A program made the translations under genes and the position numbers. A stretch of 64,000 nt of DNA from the human T2T-CHM13v2.0 reference genome, Homo sapiens. Within the stretch, counting starts at the first letter, position 1. Each line of letters begins with the position of its first letter. The stretch lies in NCBI RefSeq assembly GCF_009914755.1, contig NC_060943.1; one strand, given 5' to 3'. This document shows, in pieces, positions 46,605-64,000 of the stretch. Below the pieces are notes generated by a model. It was not told where the DNA came from. It searched no databases and worked only from the letters and a program-made list of their open reading frames with translations.

Positions 46605-47361
46605 CTAGATGTGGTGGCATGTGCCTGTAATCCAAGCTACTCAGGAGGCTGAGATAGAAGAATCACTTGAACCTGGGAGGTGGATGTTGTAGTGAGCCAA
46701 GATCGTGCCACTGCACTCCAGCCTGGGTGGCAGAGCAAGACTCCATCTCAAAAAACAAAAACAAAACAAAACAAAGCAAAAAACGGTGAGAGGGCCTGGT
46801 GCCCCCTCTGGAATGTTTTTCATTGTCTAGGTTTGACACTGTGCTGTGCCATCACGTGTGGGGCTGGGGAAAGTGCAGATTCCGGGGCACACGCCTGCCC
46901 TTGGAGCAGGGATGGAGTCAGCTCCATCTATAGGGTCTGGTCTGGGAGGAGGGAGAGGGTGCTTGCCCAGAGCAGGCTCAGACCCTAAGCCTGAGCCTAG
47001 GGAAGGGTGAGCCGACCCTGGAGGCAAATGGACCACAATCCCCCCTCCCCATCAACCTTCACCAGCGATTCCGGGATAAATGACACAGACAGCACTGAGA
47101 ATTCCATGGTAGTCGTTATTATTACTGTTGTTTTTATTAATAGCAGGGGCCCCATCACTTACCTGTGGGTTATCAATTTATTACCTCTCAGTTCCATTTG
47201 TCATCTGGTGCCAGGTTAGGCTTTGTCAATAGAGGGCGCTGGAGAGCCACTGAGGAGCCAGGGCCCCTCTGCCTCACTCCAGGGCTTTGTGTTCTTCCTA
47301 CTGCGCTGTGACCAGCAGGTGGCTGCTATGCTCCACATTATAGGGAGTGACCTCCACTGCC

Positions 47362-47632
47362 ACCCTCTCCTCCTTCTCCCTCCTCCTCCTCCCTCCTCCT
47401 CCCTCCTCCTTCTCCCTCCTCCTCTTCCTTCCTCCTCCTCCTCCCTCTTCCTCTTCCTCCCTCCTCTTTTCTTTCATCCCTCTTCCTTTCTCCTCCTTCT
47501 TCCTTCTCCTTCCTTCGCCCTCCTCCTCTTCCCTCCTCCTTTTTTCTCTTTCTCCTCCTCTTTCCTCCTCCGCCTTCTTCCTCCTCCTCCTCCTTCTTCC
47601 TACCCCTTCTCCTCCCCCTTCCCCTTTCTTTT
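47362..47632. repeat. ~270-bp (CCT/CTT)n polypyrimidine low-complexity tract
   Basis: Almost pure C/T on the + strand, directly before an antisense Alu start (aagacggggtctc). Confidence 0.9.
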
Positions 47633-48182
47633 AAAAGACGGGGTCTCAGCCAGGCACAGTGACTCACACCTGTAATCCCACCTGTAATCCCTCACTTTGG
47701 GAGGCCAAGACAGGAGGATCACTTGAGCCCAGGAGTTCGAGGCTGCAGTGAGCTATGGTAGCACCACTGGACTCCAGCCTGGGCAATAGGGGGAGACTTT
47801 GTCTGAGAGAGAGAGAGAGAGAAAATGAGAATCGCACCGTGTCGCCCAGGCTGGAGTACAGTGGCAGGACCATAGCTCTCCAGTGCCTTCTTGAGTCTAG
47901 CTAGGGACTTGTCACTTAACCCAACAGATCTATTTAAAACATGAAGTAGAATCATTGTTTCTCACAGAATCAGCTGCCTTCTCAGATCCTCTACAAATGG
48001 AAACAGAATCATGCAAAACAGGGAAAGTAAAGGGACAAGAAAATGGTCTTTTTGAAGAGCTGCTCCCAGCCCTGCTGGACAAAATGACCAAAATAGGATC
48101 CCTGGTATTAAAGTTCCTCTCATAAAAATCCATTCAGAAAATTGAGGACACTTTGGGAGGCTGAGATGTGAGGATTGTTTGA

Positions 48183-48533
<351 letters not shown>

Positions 48534-48736
48534 TAGCCAGGATGGTCTTGATCTCCTGACCTCGTGATCCGCCAACCTCGGCCTCCCAAAGTGTTCAGAT
48601 TACAGGCATGAGCCCCCACACCCAGCCTTTTTTTTTTTTTTTTTTTTTTTGAGACGAGTCTTGCTCTGTTGCCCAGTCTGGAGTGCAGTGGTGCAATCTC
48701 AGCTTACTACAACCTCCACCTCCTGGGCTCAAGTGA

Positions 48737-48952
<216 letters not shown>

Positions 48953-49274
48953 TAAACTGGCCAGGACAGTGGCTCACACCTGTAATCCCAGCACTTTGGG
49001 AGGCCAAAGCAGGCAAATCACTTGAGGTCAGGAGTTTGAGAGCAGCCTGGCCAACATGGTGAAACCCGGCCTTCACTAAAAATACAAAACTTAGATAGGC
49101 GTGGTGGCAGGCACCTCTAAATCCAGCTACTTGGAAGGCCAAAACAGCATCATTTGAACCCAGGAGATGGAGGTTGTAGCGAGCCAAGATCCTGCCACTG
49201 CACTGCAGCCTGGGTGACAAAACAGGGCTCTGTCTCAAAAATAAAATAAAATAAAGAAAAAGAAAATAAAGAAG

Positions 49275-49553
49275 GGAACTTAGGTTAAGTGAGGTCATAA
49301 GGGTGGGGCCCTGATCCCTGATGTCCTTATAGAAAGAGACACCAGGAGTGCACACACACGGAGGGAAGGCCATATGAGGTCACAGTGAAAAGGTGGCCTT
49401 CTACAAACCAAGGACAAATGCCTCAGGACAAACCAACCCTGCTGGCACCTTGACTTTGGACTTCCAGTCTCCAGAACTGTGAGAAATAAATGTCTGTTGT
49501 TTAAGCCCCCTAGTCTGTGATATTTTGTTACACAGCCCTAGCAGACCATTACA
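49275..49553 (+). mobile_element. MLT1A/B-type MaLR LTR 3' portion
   Basis: gaggtcataagggtggggccctgatcc...ctgctggcaccttgactttggacttccagtctccagaactgtgagaaataaatgtctgttgtttaagcc...cattaca. Confidence 0.8.
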
Positions 49554-50641
49554 TTCAGTCTCTTCTTTGCTTCCCACTGTGTCCTTTCTACCAAGCACCA
49601 TGCCTAGCACATAGTAAGTACCCCCAAAAAGATGCACAAACATCATCGCCTCCTGTGGGAAGCTGTCCCTCACCCTTCTCCACTCCTTCTCCCCTTAGCT
49701 TAAGTGCCTCTTCTCAGCTTCAGTTCCTACACTTTCCACTTGGCTCTTGAAGAATATGTTTTGAGGTCTAATTCCTCTCTAGCAGGTGAAATGTTTGAAG
49801 GCAGGGGCTGGGTCTTCCCCAGGGCTCAGCACCAATGGCATGCACCATCAGAATTTTTTGTTTTGTTTTTTTGAGATGGAGTTTCGCTCTTGTCACCCAG
49901 GCTGGAGTGCAGTGACCCAATCTCAGCTCACTACAACCTCTGCCTCCTAGGTTCAAGCGATTCTTGTGCCTCAGCCTCCTGAGTAGCTGGGATTACAGGC
50001 GCCCGCCACCATGCCCGGCTAATTTTTGTATTTTTAGTAGAGATGGGGTTTTGCCATGCTGGCCAGGCTGGCCTCCAACTCCTGACCTCAAGTGATTAGC
50101 CAACCTTGGCCTCCCAAAGTGCTGGGATTACAGGTGTGAGCCACTGCGCCTGGCCAGGAGTTTAATAAATATTTGAGTGAAAGTAAGTTTCTTGACCTTG
50201 ACGCATGGGCCCTAGAGAGCTAGAAGACCTGAATTCTAAGCTTCATTCCTGTGCAACTGTGGACACTGAGCCTCAAATGTAATCATGGTCTGGGGTTTTT
50301 CCAGAGATCAAAGCTTGGGGAAAGTCCTTTGTTCTCTGAAAGGTACAGGGTTATTTTCACATCTGTTATGAACACTCGTGCCGTTGAGCTGAGCTCCTGA
50401 GTCTTAGTCAGCTGCCTGGCTCCAGGTGGACTTCCTGCTGTACCTCAGATATACTAAGCTCACTCCTGCCTTGGGGCTTTTGCGCTTGCTACTGCTTCTG
50501 GGAACACACTGCCCCCAGGCTTTCCCATGATCCCTTAATTTTCAGGGTCTACACCACAGCCAAGGCAGATGACACTGATTGCAAGGAAACAACTCGGTTA
50601 CAGGGCATTGGGGAACAGAAGAAATGCCACTATTCGGCTCA

Positions 50642-50935
<294 letters not shown>

Positions 50936-51255
50936 TCATTTAATCCCCTCAATGACTTTGAGAGGTACACACTTTTTTTCTTTTTTTTTGAGACAGGTTC
51001 TCACTCTGTCACCCAAGCTGGAGTGCAGTGTTGCAATCATGGCTCACTGTAGCTTCTACCTCCTGGGCTCAGGTGATCCTCTTACCTCAGCCTCCCCAGT
51101 AGTTGGGATTACAAGTGTGTGCCACCACACCTGGCTAATTTTTGTATTTTTTGTAGCCATGGGGATTCGCCATGTTGCACAACCTGGTCTTGAACTCCTG
51201 AGTCCAAGCAATCCTCTCACCTCAGCCTCCCAAAGTGCTGGGATTACACATGTGA

Positions 51256-51907
<652 letters not shown>

Positions 51908-52304
51908 TAATATGCCCAGATGAAGAGATTAAGGCCCAGAGGGGTTAAGCAATTTGCCAAAGGTCTCACAACTAGTAAATAACAGGGCCAGGATATGATG
52001 CAGACAGTTTGGATCCAGCATTCAGCTACCTAGGCTGCAAGGCTCTCTGCTTCTCAGTGTACAGTTAAGCTTAGTTAGTGTAGGATCTGGCATGGGGAGT
52101 TGCTCAATAAGCAACTGAAGGCAGGGGCTTTTTATTTATTTTTCTACTTCTTTCAGACATTTAACTCTCCAAATCTTACAGTCCAACCCCCCAAGCCAAG
52201 CCAACAACCCTTCCTATACCATCTTGCCAGAGCCCAGGGTCCCTCACTCCATCTTCTCATGCCTTCCTGGCCCATAAAAAGGATTCAATAATTTGTAGTA
52301 ATTA

Positions 52305-52731
<427 letters not shown>

Positions 52732-52952
52732 TCAGTGAGAATCAGTGAGAAACTCCAAAGGTTCTGAGGCTGTAAAGTATATTCCCAACCACCTTTAGGG
52801 TCAAAGTTGGGACAAGATGAACTAACTGTAAATAAGGCTTGTTGAGTGAGAGGACTTCTCAACCAATCCAACCCAGGATCTACCAGACAAGCACTTCCTG
52901 AAGGTAATGTGGTTCAGGGGTGATCTCCTGGGTCAGGCAGATCTGGGTCTGA

Positions 52953-53341
<389 letters not shown>

Positions 53342-53805
53342 TGAGCCATCATGCCCGGCCTCGTTTCTTCATCTTTCAAATAGGAAAAACACAGTGTGAG
53401 GTGTGATGAAGAACTCAGGCTTGGATTCAGGTCTTGCATCATTCTACTCCTTGCTCAGCCATGGACTAGCTGTGTGAGCTGAGATGAGGAGCTTCACCTC
53501 TGTGAGCCTTGGCTGCCTATTCCAATGCGTGTTGGCGTCATTCTGTTTCCTATAGTGGCTGGGGATTCCCTGGGACCATGTGTGTCTGCACTGTGGTCAC
53601 TGTAGTTGGCAGGATGGAGGCAGTGTATAAAAATGTTTAGGAGCTTAGGCTCTGGAGTCAGACTGCAACAGGCCTAGTTCAAATTCCAGCTCTGACAATT
53701 ACTCCCAGTGAGATCTTAGGAAAATCAGTTTCTTCTCTGAACCTGTTTTTGTTTTTTTGTTTTGTTTTGTTTGAGACGGAGTCTTGCTCTGTTGCCCAGG
53801 CTTGA

Positions 53806-54278
<473 letters not shown>

Positions 54279-54309
54279 CTACAAAATAATAATAATAAAT
54301 AATAAATTA

Positions 54310-54456
<147 letters not shown>

Positions 54457-55499
54457 CTATCTCAAAAAAAAAAAAAAAAGCAAAGATATTATGAGACTGA
54501 TTTTTTAAATACCTTTCTCTAGGCCAGGTGCAGTAGCTCACGCCTGTAATCCCAGCACTATGTGAGGCCGAGGCAGGAGGATCACTTGAAGTCAGGAGTT
54601 CGAGACCAGCCTGGCCAACATGGTGAAACCCCGTCTCTACTAAAAATACAAAAATTAGCCGGGCATGGTGGCAGGTGGCTGTAATCCCAGCTACTCGGGA
54701 GGCTGAGACAGGAGGATGGCTTGAACCCCGGGAGGTGGAGATTGCAGAGAGCTGAGATCGCACAACTGCACTCCAGCCTGGGCGACAGAGCAAGACTCTG
54801 TCTCAAAAATAAATAAATAAATAAATAAATAAATAAAATACCTTTTTGTACATGTCAGTCCATTTTCCCAAAACCAGGGCCAATGTGATCAGACCCCATC
54901 CCCATCTACAAAATCAATCCTACTTAATCATAGTGTAGCTTGAAGGTTGGGCTCTCACCACAGCAGGGTTCGAGTTCCAGCAATGCCCGTAACTGCTGCG
55001 GGACCCTAAATAAACGACTTCACCTCTTTGACCCTCAGAGGTTAACCTGGCATAGTAATCGCCTCCCTCACGGGGTTATTTAGGTTTCAACGAGTTGATG
55101 CACAAGCGTGGCACATGGAAAGGGCTCGGTAAACACGAGGTGCTATTACTCCCACCACAGTGCCAGTCCTTCTCCCTTTTTTACTTTATTTTTTATTTTT
55201 ATTTTTTGAGATGGAGTCTTGCTCTGTCGCCCAGGCTGGAGCGTAGTGGCGCCATCTCCGCTCACTGTAACTTCCGCCTCTCGGGTTCAAGCAATTCACC
55301 TGCCTGGGCCTCCCGAGTAGCTGGGGTTAGAGGCATCCCCCACCACGCCCGGCTAATTTTTGTATTTTTAGTAGAGACGGGGTTTCACCATATTGGTCAG
55401 GCTGGTCTCGAACTCCTGACCTCAGGTGATCTGCCCGCCTTAGCCTCCCAAAGTGCTGGGATTACAGGCGTGAGCCACCACGTCCGGCCCCTTCCCCCA

Positions 55500-56300
55500 T
55501 TTTAGCGGTTTCGCTCCCTATCGGGGCCAGGGACGCCTCAGGCTGTCTCGGTCAGGACCTACAGCTCCGGTTGTTGTCCCAGGCTCTTCCGCGAGGTGCT
55601 CTCCTGTCTCCTGACCACCCCCATTCCTCCCCACTCCAGCTCCTCAGCGAGCGGCTGCGAAGGACGCGCACAACAACACTCCGCGCAGCGGGAAGGTACC
55701 GAACTCGCATCGCAGCCTGAAACTGCTCAACTAAGCTCCCGCCCCGCTGCTCTCTGGTCAATCTAAAGCGAAGACGAGCCTTAGGGCCAATCAGAAGCGA
55801 CAGCTGTGGAGTCATGCCCGCCTGCTTGAGGCGCCCTGGCGTCTCATTGGCTATGCTTGAGAACGAATCCCAGGCTAAGCCACTTAGAAAGGAGCGGAGC
55901 CAGCCAATCAGCGGTGCAACCGCCGCGGGGGCCGGGCCAGAAGCCCCGCAGACAAGCACCTCGGGAGACTGGCGAGGGGCGAGCTCGCAGCTTGTTAGCC
56001 CCGAAGCCCTGCCCAGGGGGAAACCCTGCTGGAGGGAGTCTAACCCCCGGGCCAGTTAATGTTGGGGCAGCGCAATCGGCCGTTCCCTCTGCGGTATGGT
56101 TGGGGGTGGGAGTGCTGACACGTCCGCGCGCAGTTACTCCTGGCTGAGCATACAGTCGAGGTGGCAGTGGGAATTGGAAGTGCAAGTGTCACGCTGCCAA
56201 TCACGGGGCAAGGCACTGCCCCCCTCTTGTGTCTTTCCTGTCCCTGTACACTTCCAGGCTTCCAGGCGAGGCAGAGTGAGCTGTGCCAGCAATCGTGGTG
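55500..56300. promoter_or_regulatory. CpG island with multiple CCAAT (NF-Y) boxes and a GC box; promoter-like, no coding exon attached
   Basis: CCAAT 55787, ATTGG 55846, CCAAT 55904 and 56197, CCCGCCCC at ~55738; high CpG density. Confidence 0.7.
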
Positions 56301-56870
56301 GAGTGGGACAAGAGAGAAAAGGGAGCTGTTCACAGGCACCGAAGCCTGGCTGGCTCTTTTTTTTTTTGAGACGCCGTCTCGCTCTGTCTCCCAGGCTGGA
56401 GTGCAGTGGCGCGATATAGGCTCCCTGCAATCTCCGCCTCCCGGGGTTCAAGCGATTCCCCTGCCTCAGCCTGCCGAGTAGCTGGAATTACAGGCGCCCG
56501 CCACCACGCTCAGCTAATTTTTGTATTTTTAGTAGAGACGGGGTTTCACCATGTTGGTCATGCTGATCTCGAACTCCTGACCCCAGGTGATCCGCCCTCC
56601 TCGGCCTCCCAAAGTGCTGGGTTTTCAGGCGTGAGCCACCGTGCCCTGCCTGGCTGGCTCTTTTATTTTATTTTTATTTATTTATTAGAGACAGGGCCTC
56701 ACTGTGTCGCCCAGGCTGCAGTGCAGTGGTGTGATCATAGCTCACTGCAGCCTCGACCTCCTGGGCTCAAGCGATCCTACTACCACCTGGACCTCTCAAA
56801 GCCCTGGGATTACGGGCATGAGCCACCGTGCCTGGCCTTGGCTTGCTCTTACGGGCCTCCCAGCCAATCA

Positions 56871-57134
<264 letters not shown>

Positions 57135-57263
57135 TCATAAAATAAAAATGAAATAATAATTTTTTAAAAAGCCGGGCGTGGTGGCTCACGCCTGTAATCC
57201 CAGCACTTTGGGAGGCCGAGGCGAGTGGATCACGAGGTCAGGAGATCGAGACCATCCTGGCTA

Positions 57264-57950
<687 letters not shown>

Positions 57951-58479
57951 GTGAGTGCCATAGTTTTTCTTACTTTACTTTCTTGGGCTTGGGCCCGGCC
58001 CAGGCAAATCTGGGGTATGGGGGCTTGACTGGACCTCGTTGATGATTGGGAAGTGCGGGTTGAGGGCTTTAGCCCTTGGGGCTTTCCTCTGCCTTTGAGA
58101 GGCTGGAAATGCAGCCTCCTGGCCACCTTTAGGCCTAGGTTTGGCAGAGGCTAAGCCAGCTTGCTCTCTGAGTTGGTCCACGGCCCCCGAGGCCAGCCTG
58201 AGTAGGAAGGGTGTTGTGGGGAAGTTGGAGGTCCTTAACTCTGCATGAGGTATGGCCTCCGGACAATGAGAGCTTATCAAGGGTCTCTGGACTGAGCCTG
58301 GATCCGGTGACTGAAAGGAGAGGCCTGTGGATCTCCAAAGGTTATGCAGGGGCTGGGCGCGGTGGCTCACGCCTGTAATCCCAGCACTTTGGGAGGCTGA
58401 GGCAGGTGGATCATTTGAGGTCAGGAGTTTGAGACCAGCCTGGCCAATATGGAGAAACCCTGTCTCTACGGGGTTTCTA

Positions 58480-58704
<225 letters not shown>

Positions 58705-58976
58705 CTAGTGTGCACATGAAGGTTTCCTGGGGTCTTTGGAGCCAGCCTGGGCTGGGAGTGAATGTTCTGGACTCCAGGTTGAGATGTTCTTGGCAGATTT
58801 CCCAGTATGGAGTCCAGGTTGGATGATGTGGCCAAGAGGTTAGGCCAGTAATCCTCTGGAGATTCTAGGGAGAAGGATTCTGAATCCCAGCCGAGCTGTT
58901 TGCGCTGGATGAAGTATTATTGCCTTGTGGTGGCTCTGTACAGAACTGGGATTGGGTGGCCAGGCGTGGTGGCTCA

Positions 58977-59597
<621 letters not shown>

Positions 59598-59754
59598 TCA
59601 TTCTCCCTGTCCCACTCTTTCCCATGCCTGTTCTGATAATTCCTAGAAGATGAAGATATCAGGCTGTAGGTGCGGGGCAGGTGCATGGGGAGGATGAACA
59701 TCGTAGTGGAGCACAGGAAGAGGTGTGTGAGATATTCTCCTCTTTAGGAAATCA

Positions 59755-59898
<144 letters not shown>

Positions 59899-59938
59899 TT
59901 AGCCGGGCATGGTAGATGCCTGTAATCCCAGCTACTTA

Positions 59939-60043
<105 letters not shown>

Positions 60044-60634
60044 TCAAAAATAAATAAGTAAATAACATAAAGGAAATCACCCAGGTTGTCTTTACTGATG
60101 ATCTTTTTTATACTCATGGGGCAGGGTGTTGATACCTAGTTTCATTCAGCTGTTCAGTGGTATTTATGCTTTCGGAGTGCCTTCAGTACACCCAGAGTTC
60201 TTTAACCAGGGGTGAGGGTGCAAGGAGTGGCTTATGAGTGGACTTCAAGGAAGTCTAACCCCGAAACCAGTTAATATTGGGGCAGCTCAATTGGCCATTC
60301 CCTCTATGGTGTGGTGGGGGCCCGGGGTGCTGGCACGTGAAGTGTGCAGTTAATCCCAGCTCGGCAGACAGCCACCAAGCATGATGGCACATGCCTGTAA
60401 TCCCAGCTACTCAGGAGGCTGAGATAGGGGGATGACTTGAGCCCAGGATGTCAAGACTGCAGTGAGCCATGATTGTGCCACTGCACTCCAGGCTGGGTGA
60501 CAGAGCAAGACTGTGTCTCTAAAAAAAAAAAAAAAAAAAGAACAATTAATGGTATGCATGTATATTATGAGGAGGGGAGGGTAAAGAATAAGCTAGACGA
60601 TAGTTAACCTCTCCAGCCATGAGGCTCAGAGTAA

Positions 60635-60972
<338 letters not shown>

Positions 60973-61086
60973 TGAGCCACCGCACCCGGCCTGTGTCTAC
61001 CATTTTCTAATGTCAACAATTGGTCCCAGGCTGGGTGGCTCACACTTGTAATCCCTGCACTCTGGGAGGCTGAGGCGGGTGGATCA

Positions 61087-61359
<273 letters not shown>

Positions 61360-62952
61360 CTAAGAGATTTAGAACCATTGGAATAAAGTAGGTTCCTATA
61401 TTATTTATGGGGCCTGGGCAAGATGACAGAGACTCCCTCGTTTCTTCCCATGCCTGGTGTTGGCCCATACTTCAAGGTGTCTCACATTCTAGCCTGCACA
61501 TCCAAGCTCAGTCTACAAATCCCTTACACAAAATCAGGGTCTAGCGTGTGTGTACATCAGTCAGAGTCCACTCTCATGAATACAGGCCTGGGGTTGAGTC
61601 CTGTGTAGGGGGCCTCAGAGTCATTTGGTCCAGGAAATCCAGGGTGCTGAGTTCTCAGAGCATGGTCCAGAAGTGAGGTGGGAGCTCACAGTTCCGGGTA
61701 GGCACTTTCTAGATGCCTTTTGACTCAGCCTATGCGAAGGGATACAGCCAGAGGAGGTCCAAATGGGACCCTTTGCCCAGGTTTAAGTCAACACTAGTAT
61801 TCTGTACTGGTCTTGAAACAGCCCCTGTGAGGAAATTGAGGGTCTTGGAAGACTTAGCTCCATATGAGTGCTGAAGAGAAGGGCCATTCACTGTGAAGGG
61901 ATGCAGTGAAACCTGTTTTCCAACTTCTAGTCTAGTTCTTTTTCCAGTTAATCCACAAAGTGTGTGCTATGAAGGGGCTAGATTCAGCTCACCTGGGTAT
62001 GACTATAGCTGGTTCTTGGATCATATAGAGCACAAATTTAAGGGAAAAAGGGAACTAATTCACTCCTTGTGGTGACTCTTTTCTGGAAGTCTTGGATGTA
62101 CTTAACCAGAAAGACGGAACATCTTTTTTTTCTTTTTTCTTTTTTCTTTTTTTTTTTTTGAGACAGAGTTTCGCTCTTGTTGCTCAGGCTAGAGTGCAAT
62201 GGCGCGATCTCGGCTCACCGCAACCTCCACCTCCCGGGTTGAAGCGATTCTCCTGCCTCAGCCTCTCGAGTAGCTGGAATTACAGGCATGTGCCGCCACG
62301 CCCAGCTAATTTTTTTTATTTTTTGTAGAGACAGGGTTTCTCCATGTTGGTCAGGCTGGTCTTGAACTCCCGACCTCAGATGATCCGCTTGCCTCCACCT
62401 CCCAGAGTGCTGGGATTACAGGTGTGAGCCACTGCGCCTGGCGAAAGAGTAAACATACTTAAAGTTCATGTAAGATTTGGATAATCGCTCTTAATCTATA
62501 TAAAATGCTGTGGGGAATTTAACCACCTTCATTTGTGGAAAGAGATGGGTTCACGGGAAGAGTGGCGAGTTCACAGAATTTTTCTAAATTGAATCTTGTT
62601 CAACTTGGCTTGGGAAGAGGGCTTGATATTTAAAATAAGTGAAATAGAGGGAGAACTTTTTCACAAAACAAATGATCATCCCTCCCATTGGTCTATTCTG
62701 ATGGTTTGATTTTAATTATAATATTTAAGGAGAATTGGTATTTGTGTTGCTGTGTTGACATTGTTACATCAAGCTGGGTTGTGCCTCAAGAAGTTCATGA
62801 TACAAGGATTTCTGGGAAGCTTTGACTTTGCAGCCAGGGTGTGCCCCGAGCCCCTTGCACATTTTTCCCTTAGTGTCCCATTGGTCAAGTCTACCAGTAA
62901 GAATAAGAACTATCAGATTTCAGGCCAGGCGTGGTGCCTCATGCCTGTATCA

Positions 62953-63216
<264 letters not shown>

Positions 63217-63233
63217 TCAGATTTCAAATTTTA

Positions 63234-63386
<153 letters not shown>

Positions 63387-64000
63387 TTAGTCAGGCATGG
63401 TAGCAGTTGCCTGTAATCCCAGCTACTTGGGAGGCTGAGGCAGGAGAATTGCTTGAACCGGGAGGCGGAGGTTGCAGTGAGCCAAGATAGCGCCATTGTA
63501 CTCCAGCCTGGGCAACAAGAGTGAAACTCTGTCTCAAAAAAAAAAAGAAAGTAATATAAGTATTAAAAAGGACTGAGAGGCTGATATCATATTGCCTTTT
63601 ATCACATACTCCCCTTCCAATCATGCCCTACCTAATCTCTCTACCTGCTCTACCCTCTGGCAGGACACAGGCTTGTGTCTGCATAACCTGTTGTTTCTTT
63701 GCTCTTTCCAGAGAGACAACTGCAGATGATTCCTACCGAGTCAGCCCAGGAAGAGGAAGGGGGGGCAAGGTTTTTGAGTCTAGGGAGGGGGAGTACTTTT
63801 AAGAACAGCAACAGACCAGGCATGGTGGCTCACACCTGTAATCCCAGCAGTGGATCACCTGAGGTTAGGAGTTCGAGACCAGCCTGGCTAACATGGTGAA
63901 ACCCCATCTCTACTAAAAATACAAAAAAATTAGCCGGGTGTGATGGTGCATGCCCGTAACCCCAGATACTTGGAAGGCTGAGGCACAAGAGTCGCTTGAA

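Noticed and set aside
47223-47675. P/S/L-rich and E/G/R-rich ORFs
   Set aside because: Products of the CCT/CTT low-complexity tract.

Overview
Human (or very close hominid) genomic DNA matching the chr19q13.12 gene order COX6B1 - UPK1A - (ZBTB32). It is extremely Alu-dense (roughly half of the window by eye), and almost all ORFs in the supplied track are Alu or low-complexity artefacts. Two spliced genes can be rebuilt exon by exon with canonical GT-AG junctions on the + strand: COX6B1 (86 aa; CDS 4223-11627) and UPK1A (258 aa tetraspanin; CDS 19794-30992). The intergenic region holds an Alu-fragmented processed TYMS pseudogene on the - strand (~34352-37192) whose C-terminal third was replaced by an Alu, a solo LTR12 (ERV9) on the - strand (43634-44938), and a near-consensus AluYc1-type insertion (42333-42638). 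It ends with two CCAAT-rich CpG promoters (55500-56300, 57600-57950); the second ends in a strong splice donor and is probably the upstream non-coding exon of ZBTB32. I did not find a convincing wholly new multi-gene system. The most interesting observations are an Alu cassette exon and a retainable last intron that would each give UPK1A an NMD-escaping alternative C-terminus, an L2-derived poly(A) signal for UPK1A, a perfect 18-bp fold-back hairpin at a deletion scar, the LTR12/TYMS-pseudogene/UPK1A convergent arrangement, and a germline-type promoter motif set.
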